Assembly: GCA_051251855.1 (NCBI GenBank)
Contig: JBPOGI010000001.1
Span: forward strand, 768,001-832,000
Reading direction: 5' to 3'
Source: Roseibacillus sp.
Lineage (GTDB): Bacteria > Verrucomicrobiota > Verrucomicrobiia > Verrucomicrobiales > Akkermansiaceae
DNA: 64,000 bases
The notes below the pieces were generated by a model. The model made no database searches. It had not been told where the DNA came from and worked only from the letters and a program-made list of their open reading frames with translations. The translations under genes were made by a program, and so were the position numbers. This document shows, in pieces, positions 20,239-29,972 of this stretch (its first letter is position 1; each line of letters starts with the position of its first letter).

Positions 20239-20946
20239 CTAGCTTTCCTTCAGTGGTGAAAGGGTCAGGCCCTTAAATTCGACTTCGGAGCCTTCGGCTT
20301 GGAGGGCGATCTGGCCTTTGGTGGCGGTGCTTTTGGCGCCGTGGTTGACGAGGTCGTCGTTGACCCAGACTTTGACTTCGTCTCCTTGGCACTCGATGAC
20401 CATTTTGTTCCATTCGCCTACTGGTTTCTCAGAGTCGTCGGTGAGATTGAGAATACGTCGTGCGTCTTTCGCTGTTCCTCCGAATTCTTGGTCTTCGGAT
20501 TTTTTAGGACGACGTTCTTCCATATTTTCGACTTCAATATTTTCAGCAATACACCAGAAGTCGCCGGCGTTTTGGTGCATCATCTGAACTTCGATAGAGG
20601 CAGGGAACATTTTATAAAGAGCGCGAGGGGTGGAGGCGTGGACAAGGACCCCGCAGTTGCCAGGTTTGCCTGCAAAGCGATACTCAAGCTCTAGGCGGTA
20701 GTCTTGATAGATGGCATCGGTAATAAGATGGCCCTTGGGGTTTCCGAGGCTGACGAGGAGTCCATCACGCACAACAAAGCTCGCTTCGATTTCCGGATTT
20801 TTGTCGGCCTTAGGGACGTCTACATGCCAACCAGTGAGATCGGTTCCATTGAAGAGGGCGATAGGCTTGGCGGTGGCTTCTTGGTCGGCGAAGAGAACGC
20901 TTGAAAGCGAACAAAGCAAGAGAGGGAGGAGTTGTTTATGTTTCAT
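20239..20946 (-). CDS. DUF1080 (3-keto-disaccharide hydrolase) family protein
   Basis: LFNGTDLTGW, GNCGV, GEWN, GQIALQAEG; signal peptide. Confidence 0.9.
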   Translation of the reverse strand: MKHKQLLPLLLCSLSSVLFADQEATAKPIALFNGTDLTGWHVDVPKADKNPEIEASFVVRDGLLVSLGNPKGHLITDAIYQDYRLELEYRFAGKPGNCGVLVHASTPRALYKMFPASIEVQMMHQNAGDFWCIAENIEVENMEERRPKKSEDQEFGGTAKDARRILNLTDDSEKPVGEWNKMVIECQGDEVKVWVNDDLVNHGAKSTATKGQIALQAEGSEVEFKGLTLSPLKES

Positions 20947-20967
20947 AGTTGGTGAAGTTTGACTGGA

Positions 20968-21516
20968 TTAGCTTCGGGTCATAAAGGGGTCAGTGGAGCC
21001 CACATGGATGCCGCTGGCATTAATGAGAAGGTTTTCGGCATTGGAGCCTTCGGCGACTTCGCCGACGACGGTGAGAGTGGTGAGTTCCTGCATGCCACCC
21101 AGCCACTTGAGACCTTCTTTGATGACGCTGCCGTTTTCGTCGAGAATTTGAATGGTGGCAGTGGATGTTTTGATGACTTCGGGGTCATCACAGCAGACGT
21201 CCCAAGGAGTTTGGCAGCCGTCGTCGTGATTGCGATTGCAGGGAGTGATTTTGGTGGGGTCGCCGAGAACGACCATGGCGCGGCTATCGATGAAGGGTTC
21301 CATACGGCCCATGATTTCGCCGGTGACGGTGATTGGGGTCCCCGGGGTGGGATTGGCGAAGGCATCGGCTACGGAGATAGCGTCGGCGGGCAGCTCAGTG
21401 AGGAGAACGCTTTTCAAGGGGTTGACTGACGTTTCCTCGGAGACAGGCTCAATCTTTTTACAGGAGTTGAGAGCGACAAGGGAGCAGATTCCAGCAAGGA
21501 GGAGTGATGTTTTCAT
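20968..21516 (-). CDS. Lipoprotein with Cys cluster (C-x7-C-x2-PWDxCC)
   Basis: Lipobox ALNS-C; PCNRNHDDGCQTPWDVCCD. Confidence 0.75.
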   Translation of the reverse strand: MKTSLLLAGICSLVALNSCKKIEPVSEETSVNPLKSVLLTELPADAISVADAFANPTPGTPITVTGEIMGRMEPFIDSRAMVVLGDPTKITPCNRNHDDGCQTPWDVCCDDPEVIKTSTATIQILDENGSVIKEGLKWLGGMQELTTLTVVGEVAEGSNAENLLINASGIHVGSTDPFMTRS

Positions 21517-21543
21517 TTTTATTGTTACGTTTAGTTTTGAGAA

Positions 21544-22692
21544 TTATTGCGAGCGAAGAGCTTTTGGCAAGGAGGGGGCGAGAGTGCGAAAGGCGGGGGG
21601 GAGAGTGCCGACCGTTCCGAGGAGGGTACCGGTTATCAGGCCAACGAGGATGACGGCGGGGGTGAGAGCGAGGGAGAAGGTGCCGACGGAGAGGGAGACG
21701 ACGCGACCCTCGATGAGGAAGAAGGCAATGAGAAAGGCGATGAGGGTTCCTGCGAGGGTGGCAAGGAGGGATTCTTGTAGGAGTGATACGAGGAGGGCTT
21801 TACGGTTGTAGCCGATGGCTTGCAGGGTGGCCATTTCGCGAATGCGGGAGGCGAAGGCGGCGTAGAGGGTGTTGAGTCCGCCGAAGATGGCTCCAGCGGC
21901 GACGAGGCCGGCAGTGAGCCAGGTCATGACTTTGATAGGGCCGTAGAACTGGGCGAGTTTTTCGAAGTAGCGGTCTTCGCGAATGGCGGCAAGCTCGAGG
22001 TCGTTGCGTTGCAAGGCGAAGACTTCGAGGTCTTCGGCTTCGGCGCTGTCGATGCGGACGAGCACGGTGGAGAGGCTGTCGCGTTGGGTGAGGGTGGCGA
22101 GGTCGTTGCGGTCGAGCCAGACTTCGGATTCGAGCACGGTGCCGGGGGCGGCGAAAGTGCCCGCGATGCGAAAGTCTTGGCCTTCAAAGTGGAGGAGGGC
22201 TCCGTTGGCGAGTTCGCTTTCAGGCACGCCGAGGGCGCGATGGGTGAGGCGGCCTACGATGACTTCACCGGGACCGGGGAAGTGGCCGGTGAGGAGTTGC
22301 ACTTCGGGACGGACGAGGAGGCTGGGAGGCAGAACGCCGCGATAGTAGGCTTGAGCTTCGTGGCCGGAGGAGGTTTTGAGAGGGGCTTGGTAAACGATCT
22401 CGCCTGCGACGGCGACTTGGCCGAGGCTCTCGGAAAGACCGCGCACGGAGGTGGCGACGGCGGATTCGGAGGCGAGGGGGATTTCGGAACGCTCGATGGA
22501 TTCTTCGGAGCCTTTGCTAACGAGCATTACGTTTTTGGGTGAGCCGGAGGAGGTAAGAACGCTATCCATTCCATTGTTGAACGCTACTGCTGCAATCAGC
22601 AGGAGCACTACGAGAGCGGAACCACCTACCGTTTGGAGAAGGCGACCGGGGTCGCGGAGGAGGTTGCGGACAGCGTAGGTGAAGGGAAGCAT
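21544..22692 (-). CDS. ABC transporter permease, MacB/FtsX-like
   Basis: YAVRNL N-terminus, periplasmic domain, RIREMATLQAIGY, C-terminal TM helices. Confidence 0.9.
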   Translation of the reverse strand: MLPFTYAVRNLLRDPGRLLQTVGGSALVVLLLIAAVAFNNGMDSVLTSSGSPKNVMLVSKGSEESIERSEIPLASESAVATSVRGLSESLGQVAVAGEIVYQAPLKTSSGHEAQAYYRGVLPPSLLVRPEVQLLTGHFPGPGEVIVGRLTHRALGVPESELANGALLHFEGQDFRIAGTFAAPGTVLESEVWLDRNDLATLTQRDSLSTVLVRIDSAEAEDLEVFALQRNDLELAAIREDRYFEKLAQFYGPIKVMTWLTAGLVAAGAIFGGLNTLYAAFASRIREMATLQAIGYNRKALLVSLLQESLLATLAGTLIAFLIAFFLIEGRVVSLSVGTFSLALTPAVILVGLITGTLLGTVGTLPPAFRTLAPSLPKALRSQ

Positions 22693-22695
22693 GGC

Positions 22696-23832
22696 TTAGG
22701 AGTTGAGGGAGTCGACGAGGGGGCGGGCGGTGGCTTGCCAAGCAGGAAAGACGGAGGCGAGGAGCCCCATAAGAAAGGCGACGAGGAGCCCTTGCCCTTG
22801 CACGGTGAGAGAGGTCTCGAGAGCGAGGGTGACTCCTTCGTTGCCGAGGGTGAAACTTTTGAAATGAAAGAACAAGGCTGAGGAGATAACTCCGAGGAGT
22901 CCGCCGGCGAGTCCAAGGATGATGCCTTCGATGGCGACAAGGGCTCCGATAGCGGGGCGACTGAAGCCGAGGGTTTGGAGGATGGCGGTTTCCTTGACGC
23001 GGCCTCGGACGACGAGGAGGACGGCATTGGCGAGAAGACCTAGGACGGCGACGACGGCACCAAGTCCGAGCCAGCGAGTGAAGCCGATGAGTTCGATCAT
23101 TTGTTTGGCAGTTTCGGCGAAGAAGGCTTGTTCTGGGCGGGTGCGGGTGGGTTGTTGGTCTGATTGAAAAGTCTCGTCGATGGTGGCGGCGACGGTTTCG
23201 AGTTGGTCGGCGGATTCAACTTTGACGTTGAATTGGGTGACGATTCCGAGACCGACGCGGGAAGCTTGTTGGAGGAAGGGCAGATGGACGTAGGCGACGT
23301 TGTTGTCTTGGGGAGAGCTGGAGCGGATGATGCCATTGACCACGACCTTGACCCCGACGGCTTCGAAGGTGTCACCGACTTTAAGAGAGCGGCGCTGGGC
23401 AAAATTCTGACCAACGAGGGCGCCATCGGTGCGTTTTTCAAAGTCTTCGAAGGAGCCGCTGATGACTTCGAGGTCTTCGGTGTAGCTTTTGAGAGTTTCG
23501 GGTGGGACGCCACGGAAAGTGATGACGTCGAGGGAAGCTCCGCAGTTGTTGACCGCGATTTGGATAGGGATGACTTCGCGTACGCCGGGGATATCCTCAA
23601 TGGTGGAGGCGTAGTGTTCGGGAAGGCGGGAGGTGCTGGGGCAAAAGCGGTTTTCACGGAAGACGACAAGAGTGGTTTCGTCGGCGCTGGCCTGGGTAGA
23701 GGATTCGAGGGAGTGCTGCATCGTTTCTACGGAGCTGTAGAGAAACATTCCGGCCGCAACACCGAGGATGGTGAGGAGGGACCGCAGGCGATGGCGGGTG
23801 ATGTTCTTGAGGGCGAGGGAGAGAAGTTTCAT
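22696..23832 (-). CDS. ABC transporter permease, MacB/FtsX-like
   Basis: LALKNITRHRLRSLLT, RVKETAILQTLGF. Confidence 0.9.
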   Translation of the reverse strand: MKLLSLALKNITRHRLRSLLTILGVAAGMFLYSSVETMQHSLESSTQASADETTLVVFRENRFCPSTSRLPEHYASTIEDIPGVREVIPIQIAVNNCGASLDVITFRGVPPETLKSYTEDLEVISGSFEDFEKRTDGALVGQNFAQRRSLKVGDTFEAVGVKVVVNGIIRSSSPQDNNVAYVHLPFLQQASRVGLGIVTQFNVKVESADQLETVAATIDETFQSDQQPTRTRPEQAFFAETAKQMIELIGFTRWLGLGAVVAVLGLLANAVLLVVRGRVKETAILQTLGFSRPAIGALVAIEGIILGLAGGLLGVISSALFFHFKSFTLGNEGVTLALETSLTVQGQGLLVAFLMGLLASVFPAWQATARPLVDSLNS

Positions 23833-24515
23833 GAGGCGTGGGCGGTGACGAGTTGGCCTTTTTCAAGGTGAAGGGTGCGCTTGGCGGCGGCGGCGGCTTT
23901 GGGGTCGTGGGTGACCATGACGATGGTTTTACCATGGTCATCGGCGAGGCTAGAGAGGAGGGCGAGAATGGAGTCGGCTGATTCGCGGTCGAGGTCTCCG
24001 GTTGGTTCGTCGGCGACGAGGAGGCTGGGGTTGTGGACGATGGCGCGTGCGATAGCCACGCGTTGTTCTTGGCCACCCGAGAGTTCAGTGGGGCGGTGGT
24101 TGGCGCGGTCGGCGAGGCCCACGAGCTCGAGGGCGGAGTTCACCTTCTCGCGGCGCTCGGCTTTGCTAAGTTTGGTGAGGAGGAGGGGGAGCTCGACGTT
24201 TTCGAAGGCCGAGAGGATAGGGACGAGGTGATAGAGTTGGAAAATGTAGCCCACGTGTCTGGACCGCCACTTGGCGAGTTGAGCGCGGGAGAGTTTGGCA
24301 ACGTCATTGTTGTCGATGTGGAGGGAACCTGAGGTGGGCGAGTCGATGCCAGCCACGAGGTTGAGGAGGGTGGTTTTTCCTGAGCCAGAGGGTCCCATGA
24401 GGGCGAGGAAGTCTCCTTTTTCCACTGTAAGAGTGAGTCCCTCCAAGGGAGTGATGGTGACCTTGCCCTTGCTGTAGGATTTGGAGAGATCTTTGATTTC
24501 GATGAAGGCGGACAT
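23829..24515 (-). CDS. ABC transporter ATP-binding protein, LolD/MacB-like
   Basis: [29 protein letters not shown]. Confidence 0.95.
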   Translation of the reverse strand: MSAFIEIKDLSKSYSKGKVTITPLEGLTLTVEKGDFLALMGPSGSGKTTLLNLVAGIDSPTSGSLHIDNNDVAKLSRAQLAKWRSRHVGYIFQLYHLVPILSAFENVELPLLLTKLSKAERREKVNSALELVGLADRANHRPTELSGGQEQRVAIARAIVHNPSLLVADEPTGDLDRESADSILALLSSLADDHGKTIVMVTHDPKAAAAAKRTLHLEKGQLVTAHAS

Positions 24516-24516
24516 G

Positions 24517-25917
24517 CTAGAGAGTGGTAGGGGGTGAGACGCGGGTGCCGGTCTTTAATTCGGTGAAGGGTGGAAGGATGACTTGTTCGCCGGAGCGGAG
24601 GCCGTCGCTGACTTCGCGGAAGCCCTCTTTGCTAGTGCTGCCGAGAGTGATGTTGCGGAGTTCTGCGGTGGCATTGGGGGTGACGACCCAAGCCTTAGCT
24701 TGTTGGTTGTTTACTTCGAAGAGTGCTTCTTCGGATACGAGGAGAAGAAGGCGTTCACTGCTAAGAGATTCTTCGTTTTGTTCGGTTGTGTCCGCTAGAG
24801 GAAGGGGGAAAAACTTTGCGCGCACGAGCATTTCGGGGCGGAGGCGATCGTCGGGGGTTTCGATAGCCACTTTGGCTTGGAGGGTGTTTCGGGCGAGATC
24901 GGCCTCGCCGGTGATGCGGGTGACGATGCCTTTCATGATGACATCGTTGAGAAGATCGGTGGTCAGCTCGACCTCTTGGCCGGGAGCGAGGGCGGCGGCC
25001 TCGTTGAGGGGGACGTCGATACGAGCCTGCATTTTGTCGGGTTGATAGATTTCGACGATGATGGCCGACTTGGGATCATCCATGTCGAGCATACGTTTCT
25101 TCCCCGGTTGAACGTGAAGGTGGAGTATCCGGCCGTCGATGGGAGAGGTGATGCGGTGACGATCGAATGCCAGTTTAGCGAGGTCACGGGTTGCTTCGGC
25201 TTCGAGAAAATCGTTTCCCATCGCGATGCGCTCGAAGTCGATGGTGGTGAGTTGAGCCTGAAGGCGGGGGATTTCGCTTTCGGCCTCGTTGACGAAGGCC
25301 TGCTGGCGATTGACTTGCAGAATAGCGGCGGTGACTTCGGAGAGGGAAATGGCACCTTCAGGAAGAGATTTGAGGCGGTTGGCGGTATCTTCGAGTTCGG
25401 CGAGGCGCGCTTTTTCGGCTTCGACCTTGGCGCGGGCAGTGGTGATGCGGGCGTTGGTCTCGGGGACGGAGGAACAATGGGCGGCAATGCGGGAACGGAT
25501 GGTATTCAGATTGCGATTTGCTTTTTCCAAGTTGAGCTTGGCTTCTTCATCTACGAGGGTGGCGAGGAGTTCGCCCTTCTTGACGGTTGCTCCTTCGAGA
25601 ACGTGGACTTCGGAGACGATGCCATTGACGAGCGCGGGGACTTGAATGGAATAAGGGTCGGGCTCGAGCCAGCCTGAAGCTTGGAAGAGGAGATCGCGTG
25701 ACTGGGAGCTGTTAGAGGTAGAAGAACTGCTGCTGCGCAAGGTGACGACTTGGCTGGTGCGAACTTGAACTTTGGGCAGTAGGCGCTCGCCAAAAAGGAG
25801 GGCGAAGATGGCTACAAAACCGAGAAATAGGGCTGTTGGCAGAAGCCATCCAGGAAGACCTCGACGGGCAGATACCGGAGGTTGACTGGTAGAATTAGTG
25901 AGAGAAGAGAGTGACAT
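24517..25917 (-). CDS. Membrane fusion / periplasmic adaptor protein (HlyD/MacA family)
   Basis: N-terminal TM, lipoyl halves (VKKGELLA, ITSPIDG) around a long coiled coil, LRPEM. Start moved to ATG 25917. Confidence 0.9.
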   Translation of the reverse strand: MSLSSLTNSTSQPPVSARRGLPGWLLPTALFLGFVAIFALLFGERLLPKVQVRTSQVVTLRSSSSSTSNSSQSRDLLFQASGWLEPDPYSIQVPALVNGIVSEVHVLEGATVKKGELLATLVDEEAKLNLEKANRNLNTIRSRIAAHCSSVPETNARITTARAKVEAEKARLAELEDTANRLKSLPEGAISLSEVTAAILQVNRQQAFVNEAESEIPRLQAQLTTIDFERIAMGNDFLEAEATRDLAKLAFDRHRITSPIDGRILHLHVQPGKKRMLDMDDPKSAIIVEIYQPDKMQARIDVPLNEAAALAPGQEVELTTDLLNDVIMKGIVTRITGEADLARNTLQAKVAIETPDDRLRPEMLVRAKFFPLPLADTTEQNEESLSSERLLLLVSEEALFEVNNQQAKAWVVTPNATAELRNITLGSTSKEGFREVSDGLRSGEQVILPPFTELKTGTRVSPPTTL

Positions 25918-26021
25918 TGGAATACTTTGAATTCGACGGGACGGCTTGCCTTGAGCGCAACAGAAGAGCGTGAATGGCAATCAGGATTACAGCCTCGAGC
26001 GGTATCGAGGAGTCCGTGGAA

Positions 26022-26426
26022 TCAAAGTAGCAGGCGGCGCTGCAGGATGAGAATGTCGTAGCCCTGTGGAGGTGGGGGCTCGATCGGAGTCGGATGACTC
26101 TGAAGTGCAGGGAAGGACTTGAGGGAAGCAGCTGTGAAAGAAGCTTCGGTCTCGGCAACTACTGGAGTGTGAAAATGATAGCTGTCATTGCTCCAGAGAT
26201 AGTCTTCGACTTCGAGCTGCAAGGGGACGACGCAATCGTCACAAGGCTCTTCTTTTTCTTCACAACAATGGTCACAAGAAGAGCATGCGGGCGCGGTCTT
26301 CGAACAAGGGTCTTTGCCTAAGAAGAGGGCGTCTTCACAAAGACAGAAGCCTAAGGCCAAGTCTTTCGCTCCCACCAAAATGGTGAGAAAAGTAATGAGG
26401 ACCAAAGATGACAACCGCCGGAACAC
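26022..26426 (-). CDS. Cys-rich small exported protein with C-terminal polyproline (CutF/CruR-like layout)
   Basis: Hydrophobic N-terminus, CLC...C...CSSCDHCC...CDDC, then PTPIEPPPP; first gene of the transporter operon. GTG start. Confidence 0.65.
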   Translation of the reverse strand: MFRRLSSLVLITFLTILVGAKDLALGFCLCEDALFLGKDPCSKTAPACSSCDHCCEEKEEPCDDCVVPLQLEVEDYLWSNDSYHFHTPVVAETEASFTAASLKSFPALQSHPTPIEPPPPQGYDILILQRRLLL

Positions 26427-26464
26427 TTCACAAATAATCTCACGGATTGTCGAAAAGTCAATGG

Positions 26465-29400
26465 CTAGGGCGAGGTGGCGTGGAGGCGGTAGAATGCCTT
26501 CGCGTCCGCTGAGGAGTCTGGTGCTGAGAGTGTTGAGGATAGAGGAGAACTATCAGAGCCAATGGGGTTCCAAGTGTCGGGGAGGAGGGAGAGAGATTTT
26601 TCAATACTCAAGGTCAGGTTAAGGGCGGAGGCATTGACCGGAGTGGAAAGATTCCAAGCACCAGGGCTGCCGGTGAGCTCGAGCAGATGGGGTGCCTCGG
26701 AATTTGCGGGACTGAGCCCAACCGCATATTCAACAAGTGCAGGGTTTTGATCGCCATCAACACCGGAACCAATGGGGAGAGAAAAAGGAGACATTTCGTT
26801 TTCCAAAACCCACTGGGCGTAGCCTTCGAGGCGAACGTTGTCCACGTAGATGGCGTCTGTAAGTTCATCAACTGTTTCGTCTTTGACATAGAGCCAAGTA
26901 ACTTCGTGGAGGCCGGCGGTGAGGGGTTGGACTACTTCGATCCAACCCGAGTTGCCTGATGTTACCGCTATTTGTTTCCCGTCGAGAAGCACGTATCCGT
27001 AGTCAAAGCCTTCCTCTGAGAAGGCGCGCCAATCGAAGCTCAGAGTGCCTGGTCCCATAACGGTGGCGGTCATTTCCGAACGATCGTCTCCTCCGATCGA
27101 TCCGCTGCGGGTAGCGGCGGTGCCGGTGGTGCGGATCTGGGATTGGGAGAAGAACGCCGGGACATCGGAGCGAACCGGAAGGATACTTTGATCGAGAGCC
27201 GACTGGAGACTGCTGGTTGAGGAGAAAGGAGAGAGTGAGAAGTTGCGAGTAGAGCTGCCTTGCTCGTTCTCTGCTGTCGCGGAAAATGAAAAAGCGGATT
27301 CGAAGAGACCCGAAATATGGTTTCCGTCGAGAATGGCCCAATCTGACGGCAGACTGTCAATAGAGCTGAGATCACTTTCGTAAGCTGTCGAAAGGTTGAG
27401 CGATGTTTCGGTGCCGAGCTCTACGAAGAGGTCCGTGGGCTGTTCGAAGGCAGGCATGGAAAGAGACTTTAGCGTGAAGCGATCTAACCAAACTTGGTTG
27501 AAGCCACCATCGATGGAGCTATCGCGGAGATACTGGAATCCTACCGTGTGATTGCCTGCAGGAATGGTGAGGGAGTGAGAGTGCCAGCCTGTTTCTCCGC
27601 TGATAGCAGCGACAACCGTGCTGTCGAGAGTGAGGTTGAAAACGTCGAAGGTGTATTCTGTCGAGGCTTTCCACCAGAAGGTGAGCTCGTCAGGGCCCTG
27701 AACAGTGCAGGTGAGTTCGGTATCACTCGAGTCGGAAGCAGAGGAAAGAGTGAGAGCGTCCTCGCCATCGAAGGTGTCGGTAGTGGTGATGCTCCATTGG
27801 CTAGCATCGCCGCCGATAACGACTTCGCTAGGGACTTCGAAGGCGGGTTTGAGGAGGCTCTCTGCGATAGAAAGGGAAAACGTCTCACTTCCTGTGCCCG
27901 CCGGATTCGTTGCGGAGATGGTGAAGGTGTAGGTGCCAGTAGAGGGGGTGTCCCAAGTGATGAGGCCGCTCGTGGAATCGACAGTCATGCCAGCTGGTTG
28001 TCCCGCAAGTGCGTAAGAGGTGGGGGTGTTGTCAGCTTCGATGAGGTAGCCAAAGACGGTGCCTTCATTTCCGTTTTCTGAGAGGCTACTTGTGATTTCA
28101 GGGGTGATGAACTCATCGTTGGCGATAACAATGGTAGTAGGTTGAGAGGGAGATTGAGCTCCAGTGACATTGGAGAAGGATAAGAGAATGGTTTCGTTTT
28201 CTTCCGGATCGTTGTCACCGTTGATGATGATGTCGATGGTGGTGGAAGTTTGGGGGGGGGTGATGGTGGCGGTTTGAGGACCTGGGTCGATATAGTCCGA
28301 GCCGGGAGAGGCGGTTCCACCAGATGGGGTCAGGGTGAAGGTGACCGGGGAACTCGTCTCGGATGAAAGTTCGATCGTAACGGTTGCGGTCTGGCTTCCG
28401 CTATCACCTTCTGTAACCGCAATGTCATCTGCTTGTATTCGGGTGTTGAGTTCGAGTCCCGAGAGTGACAAAGGAGCGGTTCCTGAGGGTGCGAGCCAGT
28501 TAGAAAGCCGAGTGCTCGGAGTCCCTCCACCAGTCCATGAGGTGAAAACACGACCATACCAGTCTGGGTCATTGTTTCCGCAGGCGGCATCTCCTCCATG
28601 AAGCTGGCCTACGATTTGACCTGAGGCGTTGAAAAGAGGCGAACCTGAAGAGCCTCCCTCAGTGGTGCCCACATCCCAATCCAAAACGCGCAAGTGGGTG
28701 CCAGCAGAAGTGATCGTCGAGCCATAATAGTTGGTTGTGGAGAGCGGATTGAACTCGAAAGAAATGCGCTTTTCGGCAACGGCGGGATGGTGAATGCCAA
28801 TCGCTTCCGTGGGGGGTGTGGAAGAACGATCCCAGCCAGCAAAGAAGGCTTCGGAGCCAGGGTTAACGGGATCATCGAGTTCGATGAGACAGAAGTCAGA
28901 AGAGCCCGAAGCGGCTCGGAGAGTGGACCCAGAATTGAAAACAGTGAGATCCCCATCGCCTAATCCACCACTGGCGTTCGTTCCAGGAATGCGACAGGTA
29001 GAGTTCTCGAAGTTCCAGTAGAGGACGATAGAAGAGTCATTGGCCGTCGTAATGTCGCAATGAGCTGCGGTGAGAAAGTAAGGAGTGTTATCGAGGTCTG
29101 AGTTGTTGATGAGGGCGCCGCTACAAGTGTCGATCCCATTGAGCGTATAGGCCGCAACCGAGCGAATTTGCTCGCGATAGCTGTCGATCATTTCAGCAAA
29201 GGTTCCGTCCAAGCCATCGCATACCACGTCGACGTTACAGTTACCCGAGATGCTTCCTCCGATTTTGCCACTACTCCTTTTGTCTCGGAAACCATAGTTG
29301 ACCTTGGCTAGACGGAGGCGGAGATCAGACAAGAGAACGGCGGGGAGACTGGCGGTGAGTCGAACGGAGTCGCCACGAAAGAGAGGGGTCCAAAGTTCAC

Positions 29401-29902
29401 CGTGGTCGTCGTTGTCTCGAGAGGTGAAGGTGATGACTTCGTCGGATTCGCTCGACTGCAGCGAGAGAATTCCGCCGGGGGGCATGTGAAATTGGTCGAA
29501 GGCAAAGTTAAGCGAGAGCGCGTTGGGGGCGTGGATTTGGAGTTCCCAAGTTGCGAGGCCGTCGGTGATACTCCACGGACTCAGGTCACTGGTGGTCTTG
29601 TTAACATCCAGCGGGGTTGCGAAACGGAAAGGGAGTTTCTTGCGATCTCTCAGACGAGCATCGGCGACGATGGGATTTAAGTCCGGAACAGGAAGTTCGA
29701 GGCGCTGAACTAGATCCGCAGGAGGAGCTATTTGGGAGGACGCTTCATGAAGAGTGTCTCCCTGCTTGGTGATTTCTTCGTCTCGAACGGAGGAAGGGCC
29801 TATTTTCGAGAAGGGGCTTGCTTGGGTCGGCGAGCTAAATTTCCAAAGACAAACGACAAGCAGGGCCAGAAGAATGAGGAGCAGAGATCCGGTAAATCGC
29901 AT
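26465..29902 (-). CDS. Secreted multidomain lysyl-endopeptidase-like (S1) protease with Calx-beta, Ig-like and two beta-sandwich domains
   Basis: CSGALINN, LTAAHC, DFCLIEL, GIHHP, TEGGSSGSPL, GQLHGG; DPEENETI Calx-beta; C-terminal KAFYRL module. Confidence 0.88.
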   Translation of the reverse strand: MRFTGSLLLILLALLVVCLWKFSSPTQASPFSKIGPSSVRDEEITKQGDTLHEASSQIAPPADLVQRLELPVPDLNPIVADARLRDRKKLPFRFATPLDVNKTTSDLSPWSITDGLATWELQIHAPNALSLNFAFDQFHMPPGGILSLQSSESDEVITFTSRDNDDHGELWTPLFRGDSVRLTASLPAVLLSDLRLRLAKVNYGFRDKRSSGKIGGSISGNCNVDVVCDGLDGTFAEMIDSYREQIRSVAAYTLNGIDTCSGALINNSDLDNTPYFLTAAHCDITTANDSSIVLYWNFENSTCRIPGTNASGGLGDGDLTVFNSGSTLRAASGSSDFCLIELDDPVNPGSEAFFAGWDRSSTPPTEAIGIHHPAVAEKRISFEFNPLSTTNYYGSTITSAGTHLRVLDWDVGTTEGGSSGSPLFNASGQIVGQLHGGDAACGNNDPDWYGRVFTSWTGGGTPSTRLSNWLAPSGTAPLSLSGLELNTRIQADDIAVTEGDSGSQTATVTIELSSETSSPVTFTLTPSGGTASPGSDYIDPGPQTATITPPQTSTTIDIIINGDNDPEENETILLSFSNVTGAQSPSQPTTIVIANDEFITPEITSSLSENGNEGTVFGYLIEADNTPTSYALAGQPAGMTVDSTSGLITWDTPSTGTYTFTISATNPAGTGSETFSLSIAESLLKPAFEVPSEVVIGGDASQWSITTTDTFDGEDALTLSSASDSSDTELTCTVQGPDELTFWWKASTEYTFDVFNLTLDSTVVAAISGETGWHSHSLTIPAGNHTVGFQYLRDSSIDGGFNQVWLDRFTLKSLSMPAFEQPTDLFVELGTETSLNLSTAYESDLSSIDSLPSDWAILDGNHISGLFESAFSFSATAENEQGSSTRNFSLSPFSSTSSLQSALDQSILPVRSDVPAFFSQSQIRTTGTAATRSGSIGGDDRSEMTATVMGPGTLSFDWRAFSEEGFDYGYVLLDGKQIAVTSGNSGWIEVVQPLTAGLHEVTWLYVKDETVDELTDAIYVDNVRLEGYAQWVLENEMSPFSLPIGSGVDGDQNPALVEYAVGLSPANSEAPHLLELTGSPGAWNLSTPVNASALNLTLSIEKSLSLLPDTWNPIGSDSSPLSSTLSAPDSSADAKAFYRLHATSP

Positions 29903-29972
29903 TAGCAATAATCTTAACCGCAGGAACAACTAGTGACAAACGGTTAAGGTGCCCAATTCGATTCTCGCAAGA

